DNA from: Antedon mediterranea
Lineage: Eukaryota > Animalia > Echinodermata
Length of the DNA stretch: 64,000 nucleotides
NCBI RefSeq assembly: GCF_964355755.1
Contig: NC_092671.1
Location: 35,536,304-35,600,303, forward strand
Reading direction: 5' to 3'
The position numbers were made by a program, and so were the translations under genes. The notes below the pieces were generated by a model. The model worked only from the letters and a program-made list of their open reading frames with translations, searched no databases and had not been told where the DNA came from. Positions 1 to 13,000 of the stretch are shown in pieces (the stretch's first letter is position 1; every line of letters starts with the position of its first letter).

Positions 1-47
1 AGAAACCTTTACAAGGTTGGTTTAAATAATAAAATAAAAAAAAACAT

Positions 48-1618
48 TTACTTTTTAGCAAAACTTTCAACGAGCCTGGCACGCATGTCCGCCGCAAGCT
101 GGCTCATCTCTTCAATTTTCTTTCGTAGTCTCTCATTCTCGGTCACCAAAAATTCAGCTTTCTTTTCCATGTCTTTCTCTTTGTGCTTGCGATTCTGCCG
201 GCTTCGTTTAGACGCTACGTTGTTTTTGTCGCGTCTCTTGCGGTATTTAAAGTAGTTGCTATCGTCCTCATCCTCTTCATCTGAATTTGATGATGTCGAT
301 GAAAGAGGCCGTTTACGGCTAACTTTCTGTTGTTGCGTAGTCGAGGGGATGCTGATATCTGGTACAATAGAGGAGCTGGCCTCGGTACCAGAATCAATAT
401 TCGTTGTTATTGGTAAATCGTTTTCTATCTCTTCTGCGGTTTCGTTTGATACAGTCTGTGCAAAAGTTGGACTAACCTCCTCCTGTGAAGTATAATAAAT
501 TAAACAATTAGTTTTTAAAGTGGATTAAAACAAATAATTAATAAAACATCTTATAAAAAAACAAAAAAAAACATATATATATATAAAAAAAGATATACCA
601 TTCATGTTAATTTCATCTTTAGAAAGTAAGTTCCTTCTAAAGAACTTCTATTTATATCCATTAATAATTCATTTATTCCCATTACATACTATTGTGCAAT
701 ATTACTTGACCTTTGACCAGGGTTGCATCACCCACACCTTTTGTTTGTATACAGAACTATCAGTGTATTCAATTTACATAGTACTGTATTTGCAATGATT
801 GTGCAATAATTCTATGCCAGAATAAGCAACCAATTGGAAAGCACTATAACAATTACATCATTTCCTAAGCCACTTATTGGTTAAATAGGTTGATATAAAT
901 GCATGAACATGAATACAGTGGAATATTAATATCCTTATATGGAAATATAGATCCTTATATGGAAATACAAACTTCTAATCCAGGGTAACAGACAGAAAAT
1001 CCAGGTAAATTACTATATTTCTTTTTTTGATTAATAGGAAAATTGTTAAAACTCTTAGATAGGTCATTATTTAAAAAAAAACTTACATTAGTGAGTGAAT
1101 TGAGCAGGTTTGATAGGTCCATATAGGAGTCAAAGAAATGTTCCACACCATTGATAGGCTCTGCTGGGCTAAGCTCAACCTCGCTGACATACGCGGACGA
1201 GTTCTCAAGGTTTTCGTCCACTTTGTTTGGGAGATCAAAGGCAAAATCTGCTGGGTTTAGCTCAAGCAGGCCCTCAAGTTCTGGAAACAGTTCATTGATG
1301 TCCTCACTAGTTGCAGGAGGGTAGTCCGACTCTGCCAGACTGTCAGCTAGGCCGCAGGTAGACAGGTCGGGATCATCTGTTAATGGTTATAACAAACACT
1401 GATTTAGACATACATATTAAAGAACAAGTATTCATGTACCAGTTACAAATTTGTGTTTTTAAAGTGTATTATAAACATGACAGTTAAATTTATAATGTAG
1501 AATCTTGGAAATGAGTAGGAATCTTACCTGGGTTAAATACTACACTGTGTGGCAGAACAGATCGTTCCGCACAATCCGTTGCCTTCACCCAATCCGCGAC
1601 GTCTATTGAGGAGATCAT
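48..1618 (-). CDS. bZIP transcription factor, C/EBP-related (Xrp1/CHOP-like), ~271 aa
   Basis: Coding exons 1618-1528, 1376-1087, 482-48 join in phase through GT-AG introns (816 nt, TAA at 50-48). Acidic N-terminal region; C-terminal basic region YRKRRDKNNVASKRSRQNRK followed by heptad zipper (MEKKAEFLVTENERLRKKIEEMSQLAADMRARL). Exon 2 acceptor at 1824; probable non-coding exon 1 ends at donor 2687. Confidence 0.88.
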
Positions 1619-1715
1619 TTCCTCCAGGCGCCGGGAGAGGGCTAGGCTTTCGATCTGTGATTGCCCCACAGCATTGTTCGATAATAGCTTCTGACATTGC
1701 TTTACTGAAATACAT
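1533..1715 (-). promoter_or_regulatory. Upstream ORF (60 codons) overlapping the bZIP start codon out of frame
   Basis: First ATG of the predicted mRNA (context caaaATG at 1715) lies 97 nt upstream of the main ATG (1618) in another frame and ends at 1533, inside the main CDS. Confidence 0.65.
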
Positions 1716-1936
1716 TTTGACGTAATAGAAATAGTTTCAGTACTCTCAACCTCCGTGGTAAATGTAAGTTGCTGTTGTTGGCGAGAAACAACCGACACTT
1801 TGTTGTTCTCTGCGGGCTATAGGCCTGTAAAATAAAAAAGGTTAAGAATATTAAGTCTCATCCTCTGACAATGGTTTTATTAACTGTTATACCTACACTC
1901 AGTAGCCTACAGTACCTAACATACTACAGTAGGAAC

Positions 1937-2362
1937 GGGATATGACCGGTTGGGCCGCCGACAAGTTGATTCGCCGGTGATTTCTATGAAACGCCCAATA
2001 GTGCATGCGTCTTTTACGACATTTCGCGTAGTGATTAGGATGGTGTCCTAGGCCTATAGTTCATACATACAACTGCCGACTGAGGGGCAACATGTTTACG
2101 TAATTTTTTGCTAAAAACGATCACTTTCGGTGATGTTTTATATTTTGGAATCTACAAGCCAGATTTTCATAATTATTTCTTTAATTATAATATTTAATAA
2201 TATATATACTAAAAACCATGATATATAAACTTTTGAATGTACATCGTTAGCCCTAATATAAATAGAACGAGCACCGGCGAAAGTTAACATTTGGCGTTCC
2301 ATAGAAAATAACGTTTTTCTGGCGGCGGCTCAACTTGTCGGCGGCTCAACTTGGCCTAATCC
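1937..2362. mobile_element. Non-autonomous DNA transposon (MITE) in bZIP intron 1
   Basis: Inverted repeats gccgccgacaagttga / tcaacttgtcggcggc and tttctatgaaacgcc / ggcgttccatagaaa at the two ends; no ORF. Confidence 0.6.
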
Positions 2363-2840
2363 AATACGAACACCCTTCATAATATCTGAATTTATATTAA
2401 AATTGAAGCTCAACCTACTAAACTCTCAGATCAGACGCGAACTAAAATTTCGGCGAGTTCATATACATTATTTAAGCTCATTGAGTGGTAAAATTGGCTC
2501 TTCCCTAAATGCTAGGCCACCGCCTACTTTACCGGTACCAATTGGAACAGTCGCCGGCCGCGCGGGTGGTAAGACTGTACTTATTAATATTAGCAAGTTC
2601 AGCATCGAGATCGGGCGGGATGAAGAATCACAAAATAATTGATGGAAAATACGCCAACCTAATAGTGCATTAAAATGGTAACTTACTTTTCAAACACAGC
2701 CGACTATTGTCTGCCGTGTTTTTCGCAAATGTAGCGGTATCCACCTTTCGATCCAGTTCGATCTTACTCCGTTCCCGTTGCTGTTCGTGTTTGCAATGGC
2801 GAACGACTGCAAATCTTGCACTATATTGTGCAATTTGAGC

Positions 2841-2913
2841 TATTTTTAGCTCGACGTAATGCATAGCAACCAATCATATCTCGTTTGAAAAAGTGATGTA
2901 ATATTGCACCAAT
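2841..2913 (-). promoter_or_regulatory. Probable proximal promoter of the bZIP gene with a C/EBP-ATF (CARE/AARE)-like site and two CCAAT boxes
   Basis: TGATGTAAT at 2894-2902, CCAAT at 2870-2874 and 2909-2913, TTACGTC near 2854-2860 and a TATA-like TAAAAATA at 2848-2841, upstream of the exon ending at donor 2687. Confidence 0.5.
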
Positions 2914-4609
2914 CAGGTTCAGACTTGAGGGTTTAGAAAGCGTAAAAATTGTTTACTCCAGTGAGCATGGATAACAAGTTATACGGTAATTGTAGTGTTT
3001 ATATATTTAAAATTAACAATTGACTGGTTTAGAAAATTGATTATGTCAGCAATTGATTTGACCCTCTAAATATTACAGAAACTGAGGCCTATCAAATTTC
3101 TATTTTTAAGTAGGCCTACTTCAGTAATGTTCAGAAAAGATTACTTAGGGATTTCTACTATTTAGACCTACACTTGTTTATAGGCCTACTAACCGTGATT
3201 ATCTTTTGCTTGTATATGGCCTACATTAATTTGTTATGTTCAATTTATACTATCTATTAGTTAATATATATCTGACAGTAGAGTGTGGAAAGACAGCCAA
3301 TTGTACACATTAAACAAAATTACAAATATCAAACGGTTGTAGGCTATTATAAGCAAATTCAGAGATTACAGGTAATAGGTATAGCCATTGTATTTATTAT
3401 AGGCTAATCTATTTGTTTAATGTCGCATAATATGCAGTGAAGATGAACTGTCACCGAAAGGCCATAACTATATTAAATGATATGGACGTATTATCAGGGA
3501 AAAGTGCCTTGGTATTATCAAGCCCATAGCCTGTGCCATTTAAATAGCTTACTGTTATTAGGCCCTATGGGCTCGATTATGCCCCATTTCTTACGGCGTC
3601 TCTGAATGCCAAAACTCTGTTCATTTCGGTGGCTTACTGCCTGTATATTATACGTCACGTTTACGCGGTGCATTAGCTTCCTATTATATTAATCAGATGA
3701 ATCACCAATTTCCTTTTATACATGCCTTGACAAGCTATAAAGTTAGTATGTCACTAAACTGTCGTGGTAAAATATTACTGCATGGAATAGTTGAGCGACT
3801 TTTTCAGATCAAATAATAGGCCTATTGCAGTACCGACTGCTCCCCAGTTTTAAGTTAAAAAGCTATATCAGTCAAATAATAAGACTGTATCATTATTGTA
3901 ACATTATACTATATATTTTGGCACCTTTGGCCTTGCATAGCACTCACTTGAATGGATGTGAAGCTTTGTGAAATTCATCCAGTTTGCCAGTTTTGACTTA
4001 ATTATACACATATAACACGTAGTCCTATTGGTATATAAGTACTCTAGGCGTTGTTTTCTGTTCTTCTTCTGATGAGAATAGTTTCTCGAATCATGCCTCG
4101 CTATAGTTATTTTAACACGTAGTACATGGTAGAACCAATGTAATAATAATATATTTCATTGGACCGTGGTAGAACAACACAAAACAAAACTTAGAATTCG
4201 GGTAATATAGTATTATTTAATTTCATTTTCATATCAGACAAGGAATATTATTCTTCCCCAAGATTATACCTTATGACCGGTAGTGGTTCTTTGAAGATGA
4301 CCAATTGAGTTTACCGGTGACAATGACATGCGGTCTGCTGTTGTTGATGATGAGAGAATTTCCACTATGGGCTCAACGAAACCGAAATATATGCTTAATA
4401 CATAATATGGGGTTGAAATGCAATCGCTCATAAACTGTTCATCCCTACCACTAAAATAGGCCTATTTGACGTTTGAAATATTAATATAAAAAAACACAAA
4501 TTGCAGTACATACTGAAAAGGAATTTGATTATTGGGGTAATTTATGTTTAAAAAAACAATATAATCCACATTTAGAGACCCACCCAAGTTGTATTTACAT
4601 ATGCTCTAA

Positions 4610-4768
4610 AGCCCTGTCTACACTGTCAAACTAGTTGGACAAAAAGTGTGATGTGCCCAAAAATGGCAGTGATATGCTCAAATATGGTAGTGATATGACA
4701 TCATCATGTCCATATATGGGCACATCACATTGTTTTGTCGCATAAAGTTTGATAGTGTAGACAGAGCT
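4610..4768. mobile_element. MITE family A (PIF/Harbinger, Tourist-like)
   Basis: TIR AGCTCTGTCTACACTATCAAAC...GTTTGATAGTGTAGACAGAGCT with TWA flanks; nine copies seen in the window. Confidence 0.85.
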
Positions 4769-4900
4769 TTAGGTTATTTAAACGTGTCCTTGAAGCCATG
4801 CACCATTGACATTAACGGTTGTCAACCGTACCATTACAGGTAAGTACAGATAGGTGGTATTAAATGAATAAGTTCCGGTTATTCTATATACTTTGCCTTA

Positions 4901-5018
4901 AGCTCTGTCTACACTATTAAACTTTATGTGACAAAAAATGTGATGTGCCCATATGGACATGATGATGTCATGCCACTACCATATTTGGGAATATCACTAC
5001 CATATTTGGGCAATCACA
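4901..5018. mobile_element. MITE family A, truncated copy
   Basis: One TIR plus the internal tgtgatgtgcccatatggacatgatgatgtc core. Confidence 0.8.
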
Positions 5019-7050
5019 GTGAATCTGAATCATGACGTCCAAGATTTCTTCGTGCATAAATGACTTTTAGATTTTCACGTCGACTGCTACCCTATTACGT
5101 CATTTTTATGATATGCGCATGAGTTTGAGTTATCTGACATGAGTACCAGTGGACATATGACGTCATAACACTGCAACAGTTTACCCAAAATCATGACCGA
5201 GAATCTCGCGATGATTTTTCTAAGAATTCAGTGAATTTCAGTCAAATTATATTTCCAAACTGTGAATTATTGGTTTTTATTGGTTATTTTTAAATAAAGC
5301 CTTTAATGATACATGTTATGGCCTGGCTCGTCACTAGGACGCCAGCCTTTCTTCAGAAAATTACGGATCTAGGCTAGGCCTATATTCACCAGCACGTCAA
5401 AACGTAATTGTCCAGTCGACTACGACCCATGTGGACGTGACCGTCGTGTGCACATTCACCAATTTAAATATCCCTATTATCAGCATGACACAGTCCTAGG
5501 TAGGCCTACTCGTCGTCGACAGAATCATCGCATCCGATTATCGGTACCAATATCTCCATATATGGCATTATTTTAAACAAACAACTCTAATTAACTATTA
5601 ACAAAAAAGTGTAAAATAAGTGCAAAGCTTTATTTAAACAGTGAAAAGTGTTTGTATAGAACTTTCTATTCGTATGTTAACAGACAGAAGTCCAGCTTAC
5701 TGTTAATGTTATTACATATTGTAATCCCAAACATTTCGTTTGTGTCTTTCTTACGTAAGTTTTAAAAGTGAAAGTTAATTTTCTTTTAAAACGCTGGCCT
5801 GTATCACTTTGAGTTTTATATTAATAGTCATAATGTAATTTACATAAACGTTAAATGAGTTTTGTTTGATTCAAATATACACATTTTCAATTAGTTGCCA
5901 TCTGTTTTAAGCGTATGTCTTTATAACTGTTAAATGTTAAATGACAGGTTAATTCTAGTGCTACAAATCTATAGTCACGTTTTATTTTCTTAAGTACAAT
6001 ATTCCTTTACGAGCGCCACCAGCCGCGGACGTTCTGACTTCGTTAGTAATCCACACACACGTATATATAGATGTGGCACGTCATGTGTGACAAATATCCA
6101 TTTTAACGAATATTTGAACGAATTATTGTCTAGAACATGGACTAATTCAACTTAAATTAAAGCATTCACTGGAAGCATCTATGAATGCAGTTTTTTTTCT
6201 TTACACCAAAACTGTCTATTAGGGGATAAACATAATACGGTATTCTATAAATATGATAGCTTAGCATTAGAGCATTAAAAAATGACAATGTAGGCCTAAC
6301 AGTATTATTATGCAATAGGGATAATACAGTTAAACTACACTGCATCAATACACTACTATAGCAGTACATAGAAAAAGAATCAATGAAATAACTGTTTACG
6401 TACTATGCTACCAACTAACTATACGCAAGTACACAGCATGTTATTATGGTTAGAAGCTGGCCAAAAAGAACATTTCTACAAATAGCATTATTTATAGGCC
6501 TATTATTGATTTAGATAGCGTAATACCAGATACCGTATAAATTATCTGATGAAATTGTATTTTAAGCAGTCTAATAAAAAACGAGGCTCAGCATAGTCGT
6601 TTACAATATATTACATTATATAGCTTAGACCCATGTATTGTTAACAACCTGTAAACACAAAGGCTACTGGCCACATTTTCAAAAATTGCACTAACAATAA
6701 CATCGATTATACAATCTATCTATGATACGCAATCGGAATAATATCTTCTTTTACTAATGCAAGTATAAAGAGAACAATGAGAGAAAGGATAATTTTTATT
6801 TGATTGTACTATTTGTTTATATTTTAATTGTTAATTGTGTAGATTTTCATTTTATATTCAGATGGAAAAATTGGTAAAATGGAAGATTCACGTTTACAAA
6901 ATATGCGATGGTCAACACGAAAAAAAAAAACCCCGGAAATAAAATATGTTGGTCAAAATAATCTTATTGTTTTCCGAGTAGGACTAACTACCGGTAATGA
7001 AAAAACAAAATGCTTTTATAAGGTTATTATATAGGTAAGTGAATTTCACT

Positions 7051-10000
7051 TCACTTAAATATTCCATCGAAGTTTCTAGTTGGACGACAAAGTGACGCAG
7101 AACGCGATGTTCTGGTCATGTCTTCATAGAAGCTATCTGTTGTGGAGACGACGCTAGCCGAGCGGGAGAACGGTCTGATACTGCCTTCGTAAGTTGAGGC
7201 ACGGCTGTTCTGTCGTTGTAGAAACCCAACATCTGTTGGACAAGATGGATTGACTCCTGACCTTAGCGAACCTTCTCTCGACAGGCCGTTCACTTCGAAA
7301 GGAGGACTGACGTCTGCAGAAGGGGAATAAGGTGGTAGCGAACCTTCTCTCGACAGGCCGTTCACTTCGAACGGAGGACTGACGTCTGCAGAAGGGGAAT
7401 AAGGTGGTCCTTGTTCGTTCTCAACAACATTCGGAAGACGACCGCATGCTCTACTGAAGGCATCGCCGACAGTACTGTAGGTAACTTCTTCTTGTACAGG
7501 TTGTTGATTGGTTGGTCGAATGTTGTCCTCATACGCATCGACACGATCACTTGTTTTGAACCGAGTATGGAGTAAATACGGGTTAGCTGAAAAAAGACGT
7601 ATTTTGAAAATGATGACAAAAATGAATTGATTACCGGAATATAAAAAGGACACAAGTCCATTATTTAGCCAAATTGAGTTAAACATAGAAAATGTTCACT
7701 TATTCATTCATTCATTGATTCATTCATTTTCTGATACAAAAAAACAAAAAGAGAAATAATCCAGAAAATTAACAATAAAGCATAGGGCTACCTTGTGTAT
7801 GAATCATGGACCCAAGTCCACTCACTAAGTACTATTAACACGTGATAGAATACTGGTATTATACTAGAAGGGCCCCAATACCATGCCAGGGACTACGGGC
7901 TTTCTTACACACAATAGATAACGCCCTCTGTTGACGAATATGTAGGTTTCACTGTACAACACAATACATGAATTTGTCTATTGTCTTAAACGCGTTCCCA
8001 TAATGCAACAGAAGCGCGTATAATCATGTACTATATCATTTTACATTTAGATATGAATACATAAGTTGTTATATAATCAAGAATACCAACAATAAATAAT
8101 TCAATAAATCATGATGTTTTTAAATATTTTCACAAAACACTATTGTGTGAGCTTGGGCCCATTGTTCTGGATAACTAAGTTGAAATACACCCAGAAAAAT
8201 GGTCAAACATTGCTATCATGAGGCTTTTTTCTCTCTTAAAATGTTACGTCGTTATAACGTATTTTACCTTGTGTCTTGGGGGAGGGTGGAAGAGGAAGAG
8301 GAAGAGTTACGGACGACATTCGATGAACTCTTTTCTTGTTAACCTTATTTTCATTGGAAAATGTCCTGAAAGACCAGATAATGCTTAGTTAGATAGATTA
8401 GATAGAAATTGACTTATCAAGCAATATTACTAATATTAGTACTTAGGCCTAAGCTATTATGGGCTGTTTAGATATAAGGGAATGGCAACCATCGATTTGT
8501 TGATTTTCCAGAAGAAAATAATTGAAATGATCTTGAAATAACTGCTAAATAAAGTTGAAAACAATGTTTAAGTAATCGTAGACGAACTAAAGCTAAACAT
8601 ACAATGTGTGGTCATTTATTAGGTAGGTGGGTATTAGGTTTTATGTAGTAGGCCTACAACAAATTTTGTTATTGTGGCTAGAAGCTGGCCAAATAGAACA
8701 CCTCTAGAAACTATTAGTGTAGGCCTATTATTGATTTTGATAACTCAAGAAACGTAATAGAAGATAGGCCCTACCGTATATAGACGAACTACAACTAAGC
8801 CTACAACTATGTTTGTTATATATACATCATCATTGTCGGTAGGCCTATAGAACCGAATAGATCTTACCATCGTCTTAGTTCACGTGCTTGGTTCTTTAAG
8901 CTGCAAATGAGAGCAATCACGACAAAAACAGACAGAGTGCCACAAACTACGATTAAAGCAATCGACACCGTTGTCAATTCCTCTCCTTCTGTAGTTGGTG
9001 AGTGTGATTTACCCGATCTTGGAGTTTCAGGGCCTTTGTACAAACAACAAACACAATCAATGGAAGTAAGGCCAACAATTATGCCTAACATAAGCATAGG
9101 GTCTAAGTAGAAATAAATAAGGTCTAATAAGCTAATTGTTATTTTTTTAAAAATAAAATAAATTATAAATAAACACCGGCGCAATGTATAATTTAAACTT
9201 CTATTACAAATAAACTAAAAAAACATAAAATAGAAAGGGTTATATCAATCACTTTGCATAATAGTCTTTCTTTCTACCTATTATTTTCTACGCAAATCAT
9301 TTTTTTTTCAATAATATCACGTCGTTATGGTTTATTAAAGTAACCTCATCAACAGCCTATTTTAAGCAAATGATAAACAGAAAATAAAGAATAATAAAAC
9401 TAACAGAAGCTATCGTGTAAAACATAAATTAAAGCAGATTTTAAAAAGAAAATACGAAAGCGATTATAAATGGCTGGCTTTGTCAGTCGAATTTGAAATT
9501 GCTTATTTATTTTAAAAACTGAATTAAGCAAAAGCATTGATTTATATAAAATTAATTTTAACCTAACCGAATTTATTTATTGGCAATTTTATGAGCACGT
9601 TACATCCAATGAGCGTTTTTTAAGTTAGCAGTGTTTTTTCCAATTCCTGATTAAACAAGCTAATTCAATCTTTGTGCGGCGAGAGTTGGTTCGAATCCAA
9701 CTCTCACCGCATTGCTTGTATCCTTAGGAAAGACACTTTACTTACATTTGCCTGTCTCCACTCAGGTGTATAAAATGGGTACCCAGTTAGATCAAGACAC
9801 AACTTTGCGCTGATTAATTATGTTTCCATACTTGTTTGATCAAAAAATGACCGAGGTAATACTGAACAGCACATTGAGAGCTTGCTTATAATATGCGCAA
9901 GTATGAACTATTATTATTATTATTATTTTTATTATTTTACGATTTTTATGCTTTATATATGCATCTACTCATTCTTTCTTTCATTTTCTTTTTTTTTCTA

Positions 10001-13000
10001 GCAGTGACTAGTTAAATAAATAAAAACTAGTAAGTTTTTTTTAAATGCACATTTTCGGAAAAAAAGTCTTAATTACCGTCCGGTACTTCTTTGCTGACCA
10101 CCAGTGTGGTCTTTATACTCTGTGTAACAGATTGAACCTGAGTATTTCCGAGTTTCAATTTACTAAAAGAATTCAGAACACATCAGTTAGGCCTATTTAT
10201 GAACATTACCTTTTCCATTTATTTGGCCATCTCCTCGAATATGAAATTATATACTTCAGATTAATTCTGAAATGATCGAGTCTGAGTCTTTGTTGGTGAT
10301 CATCTTAACTTTGCCGGACAAACACGCAGGGCCGTAGCCAGCATGAGGCAGATAAGGCGCTCGTCTGAGGCAGTTCAATTTTCACCATCAACCCCAATTT
10401 CCCAGAACCGATCGTCATATTTTATATTAATAATTATATTTAAAGCATCTTTGCCTCGTCTGTTTTTAACCTCTTGCTACGGCCTTGACACGGCAAATAA
10501 TTATTGTTCAGCATTATAGCATGGCATTTTAAGACTACAAAATAAAACCTATAATTACCAAATTGAGGCATCTTCGTCCCATACATGTCTTGACGAACAC
10601 TTGCAAGTTCCATCTTCATTGCAACCGTATGCTTGGCATTTCTCTGCACACCCTGGTGGTTGATCATCCGCTTCAGATTCCTCACAGTGTTTACCACCCC
10701 AACCAGCATTACAGTAACACTCACCAGTCTCTGGATGACATGTACCACCATTAATGCATAGACACGTGTGTACGCAGTCTGGCCCCCAATTTATACACCG
10801 TTTTTCACAGTACTTTCCTTCGTATCCAGGCTGGCAAGCACATCGACTATATTCAACAGTGGCTTCACACGTCGCATTGTTTCGGCAACAATTTGGAAAC
10901 CAGCCGCATTGTACGTCTACACCATCAGCACATGTCTCAGAACAGTCAATGTCACCATAGCCAACATCACACTGACATTCACCTGTAAGAGGATGGCAAC
11001 TATCCACGCAATCACTGCAATGAAGATCACAGTCTTTACCGTACGTTCTACGAGTACACTCCTCACCACATGTTACTCCTTTCCAGCCTGGAGCGCAGTC
11101 ACATTCGCCAGTGACCGGGTCACATGTACCACCATTACTACAACTCGGACATTTGTGTTGGCAATCTTGACCGTATACGCCTACTGGACATGGTTCACTA
11201 CAGTACTCACCAGTCCAACCGCTAGAGCAAATGCATTTTATGTTACCATTAATGCTACGGCAGCTACCTCCATTCTGACAGCATTTGTGATCGCATACTT
11301 GTAAAAGGCTTGTCTCTTTTTCACAATCTGTGTAAAGGTAAAGTTCTAAGTAAGAAATGCATGTTAACGAAATGCAACGAAGGATGTGTGTGTGTCTTTT
11401 ATTAGGCCTACAATCGAATACAAGATTGTTTACTGATAACTGCAAACATCGTGTTAAGTAAAAGTTTTCAACACTCGAATAAATTAAAGATAAATATGCT
11501 TACCGTTTTCACAACTATTTCCAGTTTCATGAAATCCGGGACGACAATACAACTCAGTTTCTATGTATTGGTTGCAAACCTTCTCAGATTGTGTAGTTGT
11601 TCCACTGAATTAAATGACAAAATACTATTACAAGAATCGTAAAATTACGTGTGCAAACATGGAATTGATTTCACACAGTAGGTTGACTAACAATGTTAAG
11701 TTTAAAAAAAAATACGAATAGAATATCTTTGCTATGTTTGGTACATTATTACGTAACAACCACTAAATAGGCCGAATTGATGTTATTTTGTCTTTAACTG
11801 GGTCAAGTAAAGATGATCTTCGTTCGATTTAAAAAAAAAATCTCTTTCGTTTTTTAATAGTACATCTTATCAAATGGTCAATACTCTTACGTTAATATTC
11901 TGCATTGGATATCTTCACAGTATTCAAGTTCGTATTCTTTAACTTCAACAATTATAGTAGAAATTCCCCACTTTGTAACACTAAACGAAAGAGTTGTATT
12001 TTGAATATAAATTGTGAATAACACATTATAAGATTAGTATATAGGCTAATAATAATAATATTTATTTGGAACAACACTTATCAGTCGTAGATGGTGCGTC
12101 CATACCAATTACAAAATTTAATACAAAAACAATGGAAAATAAAAACTGAAATTAAAATAAAACATATTTGAGATAATGACATAACATTTGACTCGACGCT
12201 ATTACAAAACTTATTTTAATGTAAATAAAGTGAAATATAGTGTTTGTATAGACGCCTCAAGAAACTAAATAAAGGTTCTTTCGAATTAAAATTACTGTAT
12301 GTCCTTATCATTATTTGTTTTCCATAATTGAAAGAGTTTAGATTTCACACTTTCTTATTCTCGTAGGCTACTACCGTACAGTAACGAAGAAGCCATATTG
12401 AAATATCGAATCTCAGCACCGTCACGTGATTGTATTTCATCCATTTACAAAGCATAACAGTTTCCTTGAAATTCAGTTTATTTTTCGTTTGAATGATTGA
12501 TATGTTACTTTCGATTAAAGTTGTTTTTGTTTTCCTTCTCGAATATTTTCAGACAGTTTATATTTTAAAAATGCAAATGCTTCAAAGGACAAAATGATTT
12601 TCAATTTCAATTAATTGGCTTCACTAATTTGTTTTAAGTTTTCTTTTTTGTACTTTAAAGGTGGGAGCCAATAATCACATTTCTAACATTGTATCACCTT
12701 GTCAACTAATGTAAATGAAGGGAAGATAAATGCACAAAGTAAAATTTACCAATATAACCTGATTTAACAAAAATTGAATACTTTGTCCTGTTTAGGGTTA
12801 AAACACGTGTTTATAGCTACATGTTGTTTTCCTCCACTCGTTTAGCAGTCAACATGTCACTATTATGTTCAATTTCTCCACATGTTTAGCAGTCAACATA
12901 TTTAGGTACGTGTTTAGCGTTGCGTGCATACGATTTTACTGTGGCGGATAAAAAGCTCCACACATGGCAAATTAAACACGTTTAGAATCTAAACGTGTCT

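Noticed and set aside
4047-4098. CTGATGA-GAATAGTTTCTC-GAAT hammerhead-like motif
   Set aside because: GAAA core is mutated to GAAT and stems I/III are weak.
10210-10266. Possible extra exon in the EGF receptor
   Set aside because: Splicing it after the EGF exon creates an immediate TGA.
10563-11304. Plus-strand ORFs over the EGF exon (also 20618-21417)
   Set aside because: Antisense shadows of Cys-rich coding sequence.
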